A DNA stretch of 64,000 bases, from positions 768,001-832,000 of the forward strand of contig CAVYKI010000009.1 of assembly GCA_963769025.1 (NCBI GenBank), in the 5' to 3' direction. Below, one piece after another: positions 1 through 9,782 of the stretch. The DNA comes from an uncultured Verrucomicrobiae bacterium. GTDB lineage: Bacteria; Verrucomicrobiota; Verrucomicrobiia; Chthoniobacterales; Chthoniobacteraceae. The notes beneath the pieces were generated by a model that had not been told where the DNA came from, did not search any database, and saw nothing but the letters and a program-made list of their open reading frames with translations. Within the stretch, counting starts at the first letter, position 1; every line of letters begins with the position of its first letter. The position numbers and the translations under genes were made by a program.

Positions 1-1
1 G

Positions 2-982
2 CGCCACGCTCTGCCGGTCGCGGAGACGAACAACGACTTTGGCAGCGGCACGTCGCCGATCCTCGCGGATGGGCTTGTGATCCTCGTGCGGGATCTGAAG
101 ACCGACTCCGCCCTGCTCGCCGTGGACGCGGCGACGGGGAAGCAGGTGTGGAAGACCGCGCGGCCCGCAATGGCGACGGGCTACTCGACGCCGGTGATCT
201 GGGAACACGATGGCGTGAAGGAGATCATCGCCCCCGGCGGCCTGGCGATGAAGGCTTACGACCTCTCCAGCGGCGCAGAGCGCTGGGTCGTCCGCGAACT
301 TCCCGCGGTCAACTGCAGTTCACCGGTCATGGGCGACGGGCTGCTGTTTTTTGCGGGCTGGTCGCCCGCCGGGTCCGATGCGCCGATGCCTGGCTTTGAT
401 GATCTGCTGAAAGCCGACGCAAACAGTGACGGGAAGATCTCGAAGGACGAATCGGAGCACTCGATGCTGAAGGGGTTCTTCACGCCGAACGACACGGACA
501 AGGATGGCTTCATCACGCGCACCGAATGGGAGGCTTTGATCGGCTATCTCCAGAAAGGAAAGAACCGTCTCGTCGCGGTGAAACCGGGCGGGAGCGGTGA
601 CATCACGGAAACGCACGTCGCGTGGGAAAAGAAAAAAGGGCTGCCCTATGTGCCGAGCGCTCTGCTGTACCGCGGGCGCCTCTTCCTGGTGAAGGACGGC
701 GGACTCGCCTCGTGCTACGATTCCGCGACTGGCGCGGCGAAATACGAACAGCAGCGCCTCGGGCTGGAGGGCTCGTTCTACGCATCGCCGGTGGCGGCAG
801 ATGGTCGCATCTACCTCGTCAATCTCAACGGAAAGGCAGCGACACTCGCCGCCGGAGACACGCCGGAGGTGCTGTGGCGCGCAGACTTTGGCGAACCGGT
901 CGCGGCCACGCCGGCCATCGTCGGCGACACGCTGTACGTGCGCACGCAGACGAAGCTGTTCGCTTTCCGGCAGGCAAAGTAG
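2..982 (+). CDS. PQQ-binding-like beta-propeller (BamB-like) protein with inserted EF-hand pair, 5' partial
   Basis: Frame is open from the window start (RHALPVAETNNDFGSGTSPILADGLVI). Propeller motifs AVDAATGKQVW, YSTP, YASPVAADGRIY, ATPAIVGDTLYVRT. EF-like DANSDGKISKDE and DTDKDGFITRTE. Confidence 0.85.
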   Translation, partial: RHALPVAETNNDFGSGTSPILADGLVILVRDLKTDSALLAVDAATGKQVWKTARPAMATGYSTPVIWEHDGVKEIIAPGGLAMKAYDLSSGAERWVVRELPAVNCSSPVMGDGLLFFAGWSPAGSDAPMPGFDDLLKADANSDGKISKDESEHSMLKGFFTPNDTDKDGFITRTEWEALIGYLQKGKNRLVAVKPGGSGDITETHVAWEKKKGLPYVPSALLYRGRLFLVKDGGLASCYDSATGAAKYEQQRLGLEGSFYASPVAADGRIYLVNLNGKAATLAAGDTPEVLWRADFGEPVAATPAIVGDTLYVRTQTKLFAFRQAK

Positions 983-1051
983 CCGCGAAGCATCCCAGCT
1001 TGGGGCTGGAATCCCATGCGGCGGCTGACACGCTGTCGGAACTTCCCCACC

Positions 1052-2473
1052 ATGCAACACCGTCTCCTCTCCCTGCTGCTTCTCGCATTTCTCGCCGCGC
1101 AAAGTCCGGCTGCCGAAACGCAGAAGCCGAACGTCCTGTTCATCTCCATCGACGATCTCCGCGATTGGGTCGGGTACCTCGGCCGCAACCCTCAGACCAA
1201 GACTCCGAACATTGATCGCCTCGCGAAGATGGGCGTGAGCTTCACGCGGAGCTACTGCGCCGCGCCGGTGTGCAATCCTTCGCGCGCGGCGCTCATGTCC
1301 GGCATGCGTCCGTTCACCAGCGGCGTGTACAATAACAATAACGACTGGCGCACCGTCATTCCCGAGGACAGGCCGCTCACCTCCACGTTTCGCAGGGCGG
1401 GCTACTTCGTCGCGGGCGCAGGAAAGATCTACCACGAGTCCTACAAACGCCGCAGCGAGTGGGACGATTACCTCGAAGGCGAAGGCGGCAAGGGCAAACA
1501 GCGGCTTGCCGAGCGCGCGAAGGATGACGGCGTGGGCGGGATCAAATTTGCGCCGCTCGACTGCGAGGATGACGCACTGCCGGACTACGCCATCACCGAC
1601 TACGGCATCGCGCAGCTCCGGAAGAAGCACGACAAGCCGTTCTTTCTCGCTGTCGGCCTGCACAAGCCGCACATGCCCTGGAATGTCCCGCAGAAATACT
1701 ACGACATGTTCCCGCTGGAGGGCATCCAGCTCCCGCCGGTGAAAGTGGACGACCTCGCGGACATCCCGCCGGCAGGTGTCGGCATGGCGAGACCGCAGGG
1801 CGACCACGCCGCGATGGTGAAATCGGGCCGGTGGAAGGAAGCCGTCCAGGCGTACCTCGCGACGATCGCCTACACGGATATGAACATCGGGCGACTGCTC
1901 GATGCGCTCGACAAAAGCGCCTACCGCGACAACACGATCATCTGCTTCTGGTCCGACCACGGCTGGCACCTCGGCGAAAAGGAACACTGGCGGAAATTCG
2001 CGCTGTGGGAGGAGGCGACGCGCTCGCCGCTCATCTGGGTCGTGCCCGGGGTGACAAAGGCTGGCGGCTCGTGCGAGCGCCCGGTGGATTTCATGTCCAT
2101 CTATCCCACGCTGTGCGATCTCGCCGGCATCGCGGTGCCGAAGCATGTGGAAGGGCAGAGCATCAAGGCACTCCTCGCGGATCCGAAGGCGCCGTGGACC
2201 ATGCCTGCGATCACGACCCACCAGTTCAACAACCACGCCGTCCGCAACGAGACCACGCGCTACATCCGCTACGCCAATGGCGACGAGGAACTTTACGACA
2301 ATGCCAATGATGTCAACGAGTGGACCAACCTCGCCGGCGACGCGAAGTGGGCCGCGCAGAAGGCCGAACTCGCGAAATTCCTCCCAAAGGAAAACCACAC
2401 CGACATAGGCGGCTCCGGCGGCGCGGAGGGCAAGACCGCCAACCCGCCGAAGAAAAAGAAGAACAAGCAATAG
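1052..2473 (+). CDS. Secreted sulfatase (S1 family, iduronate/choline-sulfatase-like)
   Basis: Signal peptide, PNVLFISIDDL, formylglycine motif CNPSRAALMSG, GKIYH, KPH, SDHGWHLGEK. Confidence 0.92.
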   Translation: MQHRLLSLLLLAFLAAQSPAAETQKPNVLFISIDDLRDWVGYLGRNPQTKTPNIDRLAKMGVSFTRSYCAAPVCNPSRAALMSGMRPFTSGVYNNNNDWRTVIPEDRPLTSTFRRAGYFVAGAGKIYHESYKRRSEWDDYLEGEGGKGKQRLAERAKDDGVGGIKFAPLDCEDDALPDYAITDYGIAQLRKKHDKPFFLAVGLHKPHMPWNVPQKYYDMFPLEGIQLPPVKVDDLADIPPAGVGMARPQGDHAAMVKSGRWKEAVQAYLATIAYTDMNIGRLLDALDKSAYRDNTIICFWSDHGWHLGEKEHWRKFALWEEATRSPLIWVVPGVTKAGGSCERPVDFMSIYPTLCDLAGIAVPKHVEGQSIKALLADPKAPWTMPAITTHQFNNHAVRNETTRYIRYANGDEELYDNANDVNEWTNLAGDAKWAAQKAELAKFLPKENHTDIGGSGGAEGKTANPPKKKKNKQ

Positions 2474-2513
2474 CCGCAGCCGGCTGGAAGCGCGGCTGGA
2501 CACGCCATCATTC

Positions 2514-4205
2514 CTACGAGGCCCGCCGCAGTGTCATCGTGACTTTGAGGCCCGATGGTTTCGCGTTTTTCACCTCGACGCTGCCGCCGCAGGCTTCGAC
2601 GCAGGTTTTGACGATGGCGAGTCCCAGTCCGCTGCCCCCGCTCTCCCGGGTGCGCGCAGAACCGGGGCGGTAGAAGGGGTCGAAGAGCCGGTGAAGGGTT
2701 TCCTGCGGGACGCCCGGGCCGCGGTCTGATATCGAAAGAATCACGTCACCATCCCGGGTGGAGGCGGCGATCACGATCGGACCCGCATTTCCCGCATAGC
2801 GGACGGCGTTGCGCAGCACGTTCGCGATGGCACGGGAGAGCAATTCTGAGTCCGCGACGACTTTCAGATTGGGATGCACATCCAGCGCGACGCCCGCATG
2901 CTCCGGTGCCTCACGCGCGATGACGCGCGCGCATACGTCTGCGAGATCGATGGGCCGCAGGTCGATTTCCTTCGAGCGCAGTCCGGCTTTTGTGAACGAG
3001 AGCAGTTCGTTCACCAGCGAGGACATTTGCCGCACTTCCTCGCGCACGTCGTTCACGTAGCCCTGCTGCTTTTCGCCAGCCTGTTGTTCGAGCACTCCGA
3101 GCGCCATTTCCATCCGCGCGAGCGGTGAACACAGCTCGTGGGCGATGTCGCCGAGGAAGCGCTTCTGGCCGGTGACGTATTCGCCGAGCCGGCCAGCCAT
3201 ATGGTTGAGCGATTCGCCGAGCCGTCCCAGTTCGTCCCGTCGTGCGGTATCCACGCGCATTCCGAACTGTCCCTGCGCCATCTGCCCCGCGGCTCCGGTC
3301 ATCTGCCGGATGCTGCGCGTGATGCCGCCCACCAGCGGCACCCAGAGCAGCACCGAGACCGCCAGCACACCTGCGCCGACCCAGAGCCACGGCACGACAT
3401 CGACCAACAGGCCGCCGCTCCCGAGCGCAGGCAGCACCATGAGCAGCGAGCCCGGGCCTCGTCTTCCGTCGTCATCCGGCATCGGCACACGGACGCCGAT
3501 CCAATACATCGGCGGCTTTCCGTCGCGGAGGATGAACTTCGGGAAATACGGCGCACCCCCTCCCGGTCCTGGAGGCTGCGGGCCCTCACGCGTACGCCAT
3601 TCCGGAGGAGGCCCGACTTCACGACCGGGCGCCCCATCATCGAGAGGAGGGGGAACGTCTCTGAGTCTCACGGGTGGGAGCGCGACCGAGCCCTGCGGGT
3701 GAGCATCGGGCCGGTTAGGCGCACCGGGAGCGTCGGGAGGCGGTCCCTCTTGAAAATCTGCATCTGGCTGCAATGGAGGCCGCGGAGGTCGCCCGCGTCC
3801 CGCGTCACCTTCCGCGAGTTTCAAAAGGACCCGCTCAGGTGGGTCGAGAATCGATCCCGCGAGTCGCGTGCCGTCGTTGCGGACCGCTGCGAGTTGCACC
3901 TGGTACGCATCGGCAAAGCGCTTGAGGACACCCGGCCAATCTGCGCGGCGATGAGCGTTCAATTCGGCAAGGACGACCTCGCTCATCGCCTGGAGCCGTT
4001 CGCCGGACCGCCCGGAAAGCAGGGAATCGAGCCCGAGGTGAAACTGCCCTTGCAGGAAGAACACGCCGAAGCCCCCGAGGAGAACGAGGTTCAGGACAAA
4101 GCATGCGAAGATCTTCGCGGGAAGAGGAATGGAGGTCCGCGACTTCCGTGGCGGCGAAGACGCCTGTGCTGAGCCGGTTTTCATGTCGGTGTCAGCGTGC
4201 GCCAT
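2514..4205 (-). CDS. Membrane sensor histidine kinase (HAMP-HisKA-HATPase, CpxA-like) with Pro-rich periplasmic loop
   Basis: Two TM segments, HAMP (RRDELGRLGESLNHMA), H-box DIAHELCSPL, N-box NVLRNA, G-boxes DRGPG and GSGLGL. Confidence 0.93.
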   Translation of the reverse strand: MAHADTDMKTGSAQASSPPRKSRTSIPLPAKIFACFVLNLVLLGGFGVFFLQGQFHLGLDSLLSGRSGERLQAMSEVVLAELNAHRRADWPGVLKRFADAYQVQLAAVRNDGTRLAGSILDPPERVLLKLAEGDAGRGRPPRPPLQPDADFQEGPPPDAPGAPNRPDAHPQGSVALPPVRLRDVPPPLDDGAPGREVGPPPEWRTREGPQPPGPGGGAPYFPKFILRDGKPPMYWIGVRVPMPDDDGRRGPGSLLMVLPALGSGGLLVDVVPWLWVGAGVLAVSVLLWVPLVGGITRSIRQMTGAAGQMAQGQFGMRVDTARRDELGRLGESLNHMAGRLGEYVTGQKRFLGDIAHELCSPLARMEMALGVLEQQAGEKQQGYVNDVREEVRQMSSLVNELLSFTKAGLRSKEIDLRPIDLADVCARVIAREAPEHAGVALDVHPNLKVVADSELLSRAIANVLRNAVRYAGNAGPIVIAASTRDGDVILSISDRGPGVPQETLHRLFDPFYRPGSARTRESGGSGLGLAIVKTCVEACGGSVEVKNAKPSGLKVTMTLRRAS

Positions 4206-4920
4206 CGTCGGGATCCACCATCATGTAACCCGCCGCGCGGACCGTCCGGATGATGTGCGGGTTCTTCGCGTCATCACCGAGTTTCTTCCGCAGGGCGGAA
4301 ATGTGGACGTCGATCGACCGGTCGAACACGTCGTAGTTCCGATCGCGGATGTCCTCGATGAGCGCCTCCCGGCTCTTCACCGTGCCGCTCGCTCGGGCGA
4401 GCGCGAGGAGCAGATCATACTCGACCGGTGTGAGCGCGAGCACTTCATCGCCGACCATCACCGTCCGCGCTCCGGTATTGATGCGAATTCCGCCGATGAC
4501 GAGTTCCGGCTCGCGGTCCGCGCGCTTTGCCACCGTGCGCACACGCCGCGTCACTGCTCGCAGCCGGGCCAGCAGCTCGCGGGTGGAGAAGGTCTTTGGC
4601 AGGTAGTCGTCCGCGCCGATCTCCAATCCGGCGATGCGATCGGCCTCCTCGCCGCGTGCCGTGAGCATCAGCACAGGGACGTCACTTTTCCGCCGGATCG
4701 CCTTCAACACCTCGAAGCCGTCCATCCCCGGCAGCATGAGATCGAGAATCACCGCATGCCACGGACCTGCGAGTGCCTTCTCCACGCCGTCCGGTCCCGT
4801 GTGGACTGCAGTGACGTCGTAGCCCAGCGATGACAGATAGTCGCCGATCAGGCGGCACAGCTTGCGATCGTCATCGATGACGAGAAGTCGCGGATGCTCA
4901 TTCGGTGGAGCCGGGTTCAT
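4192..4920 (-). CDS. OmpR/CpxR-family response regulator
   Basis: Receiver VIDDD...LDLMLP...TA...ADDYLPK plus winged helix DRSIDVHISALRKK...IRTVR. Overlaps the kinase start. Alternative start at 4938. Confidence 0.94.
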   Translation of the reverse strand: MNPAPPNEHPRLLVIDDDRKLCRLIGDYLSSLGYDVTAVHTGPDGVEKALAGPWHAVILDLMLPGMDGFEVLKAIRRKSDVPVLMLTARGEEADRIAGLEIGADDYLPKTFSTRELLARLRAVTRRVRTVAKRADREPELVIGGIRINTGARTVMVGDEVLALTPVEYDLLLALARASGTVKSREALIEDIRDRNYDVFDRSIDVHISALRKKLGDDAKNPHIIRTVRAAGYMMVDPDDGAR

Positions 4921-4964
4921 GGCGAATGCCCGGAGCATATCGAAACGCGGCGATTCGGGGAGAA

Positions 4965-4988
4965 ATTTACCTGCTCTTTACACTTTTT
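4965..4988. promoter_or_regulatory. Candidate OmpR/CpxR-type direct-repeat operator
   Basis: ATTTACCTGCTCTTTACACTTTTT: TTTAC at 4966 and 4977 (11-bp period), just upstream of the response regulator. Confidence 0.5.
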
Positions 4989-5029
4989 GCGCCCACTGCG
5001 ACGGCTGCCGCGCCCGCGCGCTTGCGCTC

Positions 5030-6415
5030 CTATGCCCCGAGTAAATCGCGAATCCCGCGTGTGAGGAGGTCATCCACCGCGTCCGAGCAATTTGCCACGC
5101 TCACCTCGTAGCCGCCCTTTGGATACTCCTCCTTCACCGGGATGTACCACGGCCCGCCGTCGCCGTACGCCGCTGTCGCGATGAACCGCCCCTTCGCGAG
5201 TTGCTGTGCGCGGAGTTGGTATTCGACGAAGCACTCGGCTGGCAGATGCAGCAGCGAGATGCCATCCACATGCAGCGCACTGAGGACGATCGGCGTGCGG
5301 TTTTCCAACCGCTGCATCCAGCCGAGCGTCATGGCCGGGCGGATGCGGTTGGCCGGGACGTTTTGCTTGTTCGCGACCATCTCGCGCAGCTTTTCCGCGA
5401 TGAACACGGGATTCGTCGGCGGCAAAATATCATGCGTCTTCCACGACACTGCGCTGATCGGCGCGGGCTTCAGCGTTTTCTCCGACGCGACGATGCCATC
5501 GTAAATCCGCTGCGTGAGCCGCACGCGCGCTTCCGGCGTTCCGTCGTTGTATTTTCCCGCAGCGACGTTGCCCGCGCAGCCGGTGAAGTAGATGTGCGTG
5601 CAGCCCGGCTCCTCCTTTTGCCGCTGCTTTCGCGCGAGCCCCACGAAGTCGCTGCTCACGTGTCCCTGCCCATAATGGCTCATCGGGTGCGTCGCGTAGT
5701 AGTGGCAGGCGGCGACCTTCTCCGCGCCGTCGTAGAAGGCGACGGTCTTCAGCATCGGATCGATGAGCCCCTCGGGCATCGCGATGAGTTCCGCGTCCTT
5801 GCACGCACTGCCCCGCATCTTGCGCACCTTGCCATCCGGACCGAGCGCAAGGCGGCGGTTCCCGGCGACCTCCACGACCTTGCCCTCGCCTTGCGCCACA
5901 TGCGTGAGCGCGCGCGCAGCCGGCACCGCCTTCTTCACGCTCTCACGCGCGCGATCGAGGCACGTCCGGAAAAAGTCCACCTCCACCACGCGCAGGCCGG
6001 CCTGCTGTTCGGCAATGAGTTTCTCCGCGTGGAGGCATACGAATGGTGCGTCGTGCTGATGCACACACTGCACCGCCACGCGGTCCGGCGTCGTACCCGC
6101 AGCCTCGGCGAGCGCAGAGCGCCATGCGACATGCGCGTCATTCAGGATGCCCGTCCAGTCCACCGCGCAAATCACGATCGGCTTCCCGGCGCCCAGCACC
6201 ACGAAGCCGATCGCCTCCAACGCGTCGTCGCTGTCCACCATCGGCTTGATCCATCCGCCGCAAAGCGGATGCCCGACGGGCGGCGTGACATCGAACCGGA
6301 ACGGCGCGATGCGCAGCTTTGACGAGTCTGCCGCCGCTCCGGATTGTGCAAGCGTCCCAACTCCGGCGGCTATCGAGGTTCCGAGAAAACGGCGGCGGGT
6401 GATCGTGGTGTTCAT
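5030..6415 (-). CDS. Tat-exported metallohydrolase, neutral/alkaline ceramidase-like
   Basis: Start MNTTITRRRFLG (twin-arginine), DVTPP, HQHDAP, YATHP, GCAGNV, PAECFVEY. ATGA overlap with the upstream gene. Confidence 0.7.
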   Translation of the reverse strand: MNTTITRRRFLGTSIAAGVGTLAQSGAAADSSKLRIAPFRFDVTPPVGHPLCGGWIKPMVDSDDALEAIGFVVLGAGKPIVICAVDWTGILNDAHVAWRSALAEAAGTTPDRVAVQCVHQHDAPFVCLHAEKLIAEQQAGLRVVEVDFFRTCLDRARESVKKAVPAARALTHVAQGEGKVVEVAGNRRLALGPDGKVRKMRGSACKDAELIAMPEGLIDPMLKTVAFYDGAEKVAACHYYATHPMSHYGQGHVSSDFVGLARKQRQKEEPGCTHIYFTGCAGNVAAGKYNDGTPEARVRLTQRIYDGIVASEKTLKPAPISAVSWKTHDILPPTNPVFIAEKLREMVANKQNVPANRIRPAMTLGWMQRLENRTPIVLSALHVDGISLLHLPAECFVEYQLRAQQLAKGRFIATAAYGDGGPWYIPVKEEYPKGGYEVSVANCSDAVDDLLTRGIRDLLGA

Positions 6416-9400
6416 TTCAGTTCCTCGATGAATGTCAGCAAATCGGCCATCGCCTGCACGTCCATCCCCGCTTCGATGCCCTCGGGCATGAGGCTGAGGC
6501 CGGATGAACTGCTTCCCTTGATCTGATTCCGCGGGATCGTCTGCTCCGCGCCGCCGATCATTTTCAGCGTCAGCCCGCTCGCATCGTCCTTCGTGATGAA
6601 CCCGGTGAACGACTGCCCGTCCTTCGTCTCCACGGTGTAGGCGATGAATTGCGGGGCGACCTCCTTGTTCGGTTCGAGGATCGCCGTGAGGATGCCGTCG
6701 CGTCCCTTCGCCTTCACGGTGATCAAATCCGGCCCGAGCTGGATCCCCTGCTCCCCGATGCGATGGCAAGTCACGCATCGCTGCGCGTAAATCTCGCGCC
6801 CGCGTGAAGCATCGCCCTTCGCCGCGAGCGCAGGTTTGAATTTCGCAATGACCTCCTCGCGCGACGGCGGCCTGAGTTCCGCGAGCACCTTGTCCGCGAG
6901 CTTCGCAACGGACGGATCCTTGTGCTTGAAGAGCGCCTGTGCGTCCGATGCGGCAAGTTCGCCCACCGCGATGCGCTTCGCCTCGATCGCGTTCAGCAGC
7001 ACGGTGGCGCGCTCCGAACGCGCGAGCATCACGGCAAAGGCGGCAGTGCGCGCCTTCTTCGAGAAATCCGGCCAGTGGGTGATGAACGCATCCGTCACCT
7101 CGCTGCCGCCAAACTGCCCGAGCGCGGTGACGCCCGCGGTCTGCACGGGCTCCGGCTGCGATTTTTCAAGGCACGCGAGCAGCGCGGGCACGGCTTGCTT
7201 CGGTTCGTCCAGGCTCACGAGTTGCATCGCCTCGATCCGTGCAGTGTCCGACGCTTTCGCATCGCGCACCGTGGCGGCGGCCGTCGCAAAAACAGCGGCG
7301 AGTTTCTTGTCCGTGTCCACTTTGACGATGGTGGTGCCAGCGCGCCTGAGACCTTCGGCGAACGATCGGATGCATGCTGTGGCAAAGGCAGGTGCGAACT
7401 TCACGCCGGACGTCCGGCTCAGCCCGTCAATCACCGCCTGGCAAGATTCCCGATCATTCGATGCACCGGCCATCCCCGCGAGTTGCACGACGTAACGCTG
7501 CTCGGCTGGAAACGGGAGTGTTCCATGCTGCCTCTTGAATTCGTCTGCAATCATCCACCGCAACCTCGGGGTTAAGCTGCTGAAGACCGCCGCCTGCAAC
7601 ATGGCATCTGCATCTGTCTGAGTCGCAAGATACCGCAGCGCCTGGCCGGGAAACCAATATGCGGATTCACTTCCCATGATCATTACATGATCCTCTTCCT
7701 TCATCTTCAGCTTCTCAAATTCACCGATGAAAAACGCCATCTGCATCCGGACGCGCGGGCTGGGGTCGCGAAACAGTTTTCTGACTCGGTCCCAGATTCT
7801 GTATTCCAATTGGCCTTCAGTGATGAATCGCTCCAGGAGCTTCACTGCGCGTTCACGAACGTGTTCGCTCCCGGCGCTTGTCGCGATAAGCACAATGTTT
7901 TCGCTCAGGGCACCGAGTCCATCGAGCGCACCAAGCGCGTGCAGCTTGGCGACGGAACTCGATGATTCGCTCACAAGCCTTTCGAGCAGCGGCACGGCGG
8001 ACTTGTCCTGCCGCTCGTAGAGCAGCCGCGCGGCGGTGTCGCGCTGCCAGCCGTTCGGATGTTCGAGTGTCTTCACGAGTTCGGCGGTGCTGGCTTTGCT
8101 GAGATCCACGTTCGCACGCCGCTGCCAGCCAGCGCGTTCCGGCTCGAGACGGTAGATTCTTCCTCGGTCGTTGCCGTTGTTCAGATCGAGGTGCTTCTTG
8201 ATTTCGTCGGGGATGCTCCACGGGTGCTCGATGACTTCGCGATACATGTCGATGACGTGCAGGCAGCCGTCGGGCGCATTGGCGAAATTCACCACGCGCA
8301 CCCATGTGTCCTTGCTCGCGGCGAACTCGAAGTTCTGCTCGTCGTCCGGGCGCTTGCCGATGAGCGAGACGCCGTCGGGGTAAATCTTTTTCCGATGCAC
8401 GAGCTGGCCGCCCGCGTCGCCGGTGAAGGTGTTGTTCACGAAGTCATCACCGTACGCGTCGCCGCGATACACGGTGGTGCCGGTCGCGCCGGTGAAGTAG
8501 CCGCTCACGCGTCCCCCGCCCTCGACCACGCCTTTCACCACGCCGGCGACGCGCCAGCGCGTGCGGACGATGCGCCACGGCTCGTCGGGGCTGATGCGGA
8601 AGACTTCCGCCGCGCCGCCGTCCGCGGCGATGCTCTGGCGCGCGATGCGGCATCGAGAAGAACGGATTCCGCGCTGCATAGCGGTCGTCGTAGACGAAGT
8701 ACTGGAGGTGGTCGGAATTGCTGCACGCGAACTTGCGCCCGTAGTTGTCGAAGCTCATGCCGTACTGCGCGCCGCCTGCTTCGAGTCCGAATTCGTACGT
8801 GCGCGGGTCGAACCAGAAATCCTTCCCTCCGAGTTCGACGCCCTTGAGATCGGGCCGCTTCAGGCACGTCATCACGCCGCGATTTCCGCCACCGGCCTGG
8901 ATGTGGATGCGGTTGTCCAGCCCCCACTGCGGGCAGTTCGCGAGGCCCTGCACGTTCAGCAATTTCAGCCCGCTGCCCAAGCCCGGTGAATACGACCTCG
9001 CGCACGTCCGCCTTTCCGTCGCCGTCGGTGTCCTTGAAAAAATAGACATCCGGCGTGGCGATGACGTAGATGCCGCCGTTCGCGCAGATGATGCCGGTGG
9101 GCCACGGCAGATCGTCGGCGAAGACGGTGCTCGTCTCGTAGTGGCCGTCGCCGTCCTTGTCCTCGAGCATCGAGACGCGGCCGAGGTGCGGCGTCACATC
9201 GCGCATCTCCGAGTAGTCGATCATCTCGACGACGAACATGCGGCCGCGCTCGTCGAAGCGACACGGCGATCGGACTGCGCACCTGCGGCTCGTGTGCCGC
9301 GAGCTTCAGGCGGAAGCCGGGCTTCACCTTCCAAGTCGCGATCGCGTCCTTCGGCTCGACCGCCGGATAGCGCGGCAAGTCCTTCGCCGGATCCACTGCC

Positions 9401-9555
9401 ACCTCACCCTTCGTCGCGCCGTAGGCCTTGGAGTAGGTGCTCTTGCTTTGCAACGCATCCGCCGCATCAGAAACTCCGCACGCGAAAATCACTCCGGTGA
9501 GAAATTTTGCGAACTGCTTTGGAAGGATGAGGAACGGAGGGAGCGGAAAGTTCAT
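6412..9555 (-). CDS. PVC-type membrane-bound dehydrogenase-like protein with HEAT-like region and C-terminal heme CxxCH domain (3 frameshifts)
   Basis: Consecutive homologous pieces in ORFs 8965-9555, 8535-9239, 8447-9049 and 6412-8679: LAAHEPQV, MFVVEM, DKDGDG, APDGCLHVIDMYREVIEHP, RGRIYR, CVTCH, GPDL, SLMPEG. Confidence 0.85.
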
Positions 9556-9657
9556 CGGGAGGATCGCTTCTGGGTGAATACAGGATGTCCGGCGGTTCTT
9601 TGAAGTGCCGTCCCCGGTGGATCACCGCAAGACGGTGATGCCAAAGGCAGGATGCGG

Positions 9658-9680
9658 ATTTACACTTGCTTCACATTTTT
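9658..9680. promoter_or_regulatory. Second copy of the candidate OmpR/CpxR-type operator
   Basis: ATTTACACTTGCTTCACATTTTT: TTTACA at 9659 and TTCACA at 9670 (11-bp period), about 110 bp upstream of the gene at 9783. Confidence 0.45.
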
Positions 9681-9782
9681 CAATGGAACTCCCGGCACTA
9701 CCCCGGGTTTCTCCTCCCCGCCACTGCCTTGCAGTCGGCGACAGCAAACTAGAACGTCAACAAAATCAACAACCCCACAGCC

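Noticed and set aside
320..2503. Long antisense or alternate-frame ORFs (e.g. 727 aa here; also 19012-21171, 33962-35704, 53160-55634)
   Set aside because: Shadows of well-supported genes in high-GC DNA, with no recognisable motifs.
6416..6778. N-terminal extension of ORF 5030-6778
   Set aside because: Overlaps the CxxCH gene; the Tat signal and ATGA coupling place the true start at 6415.
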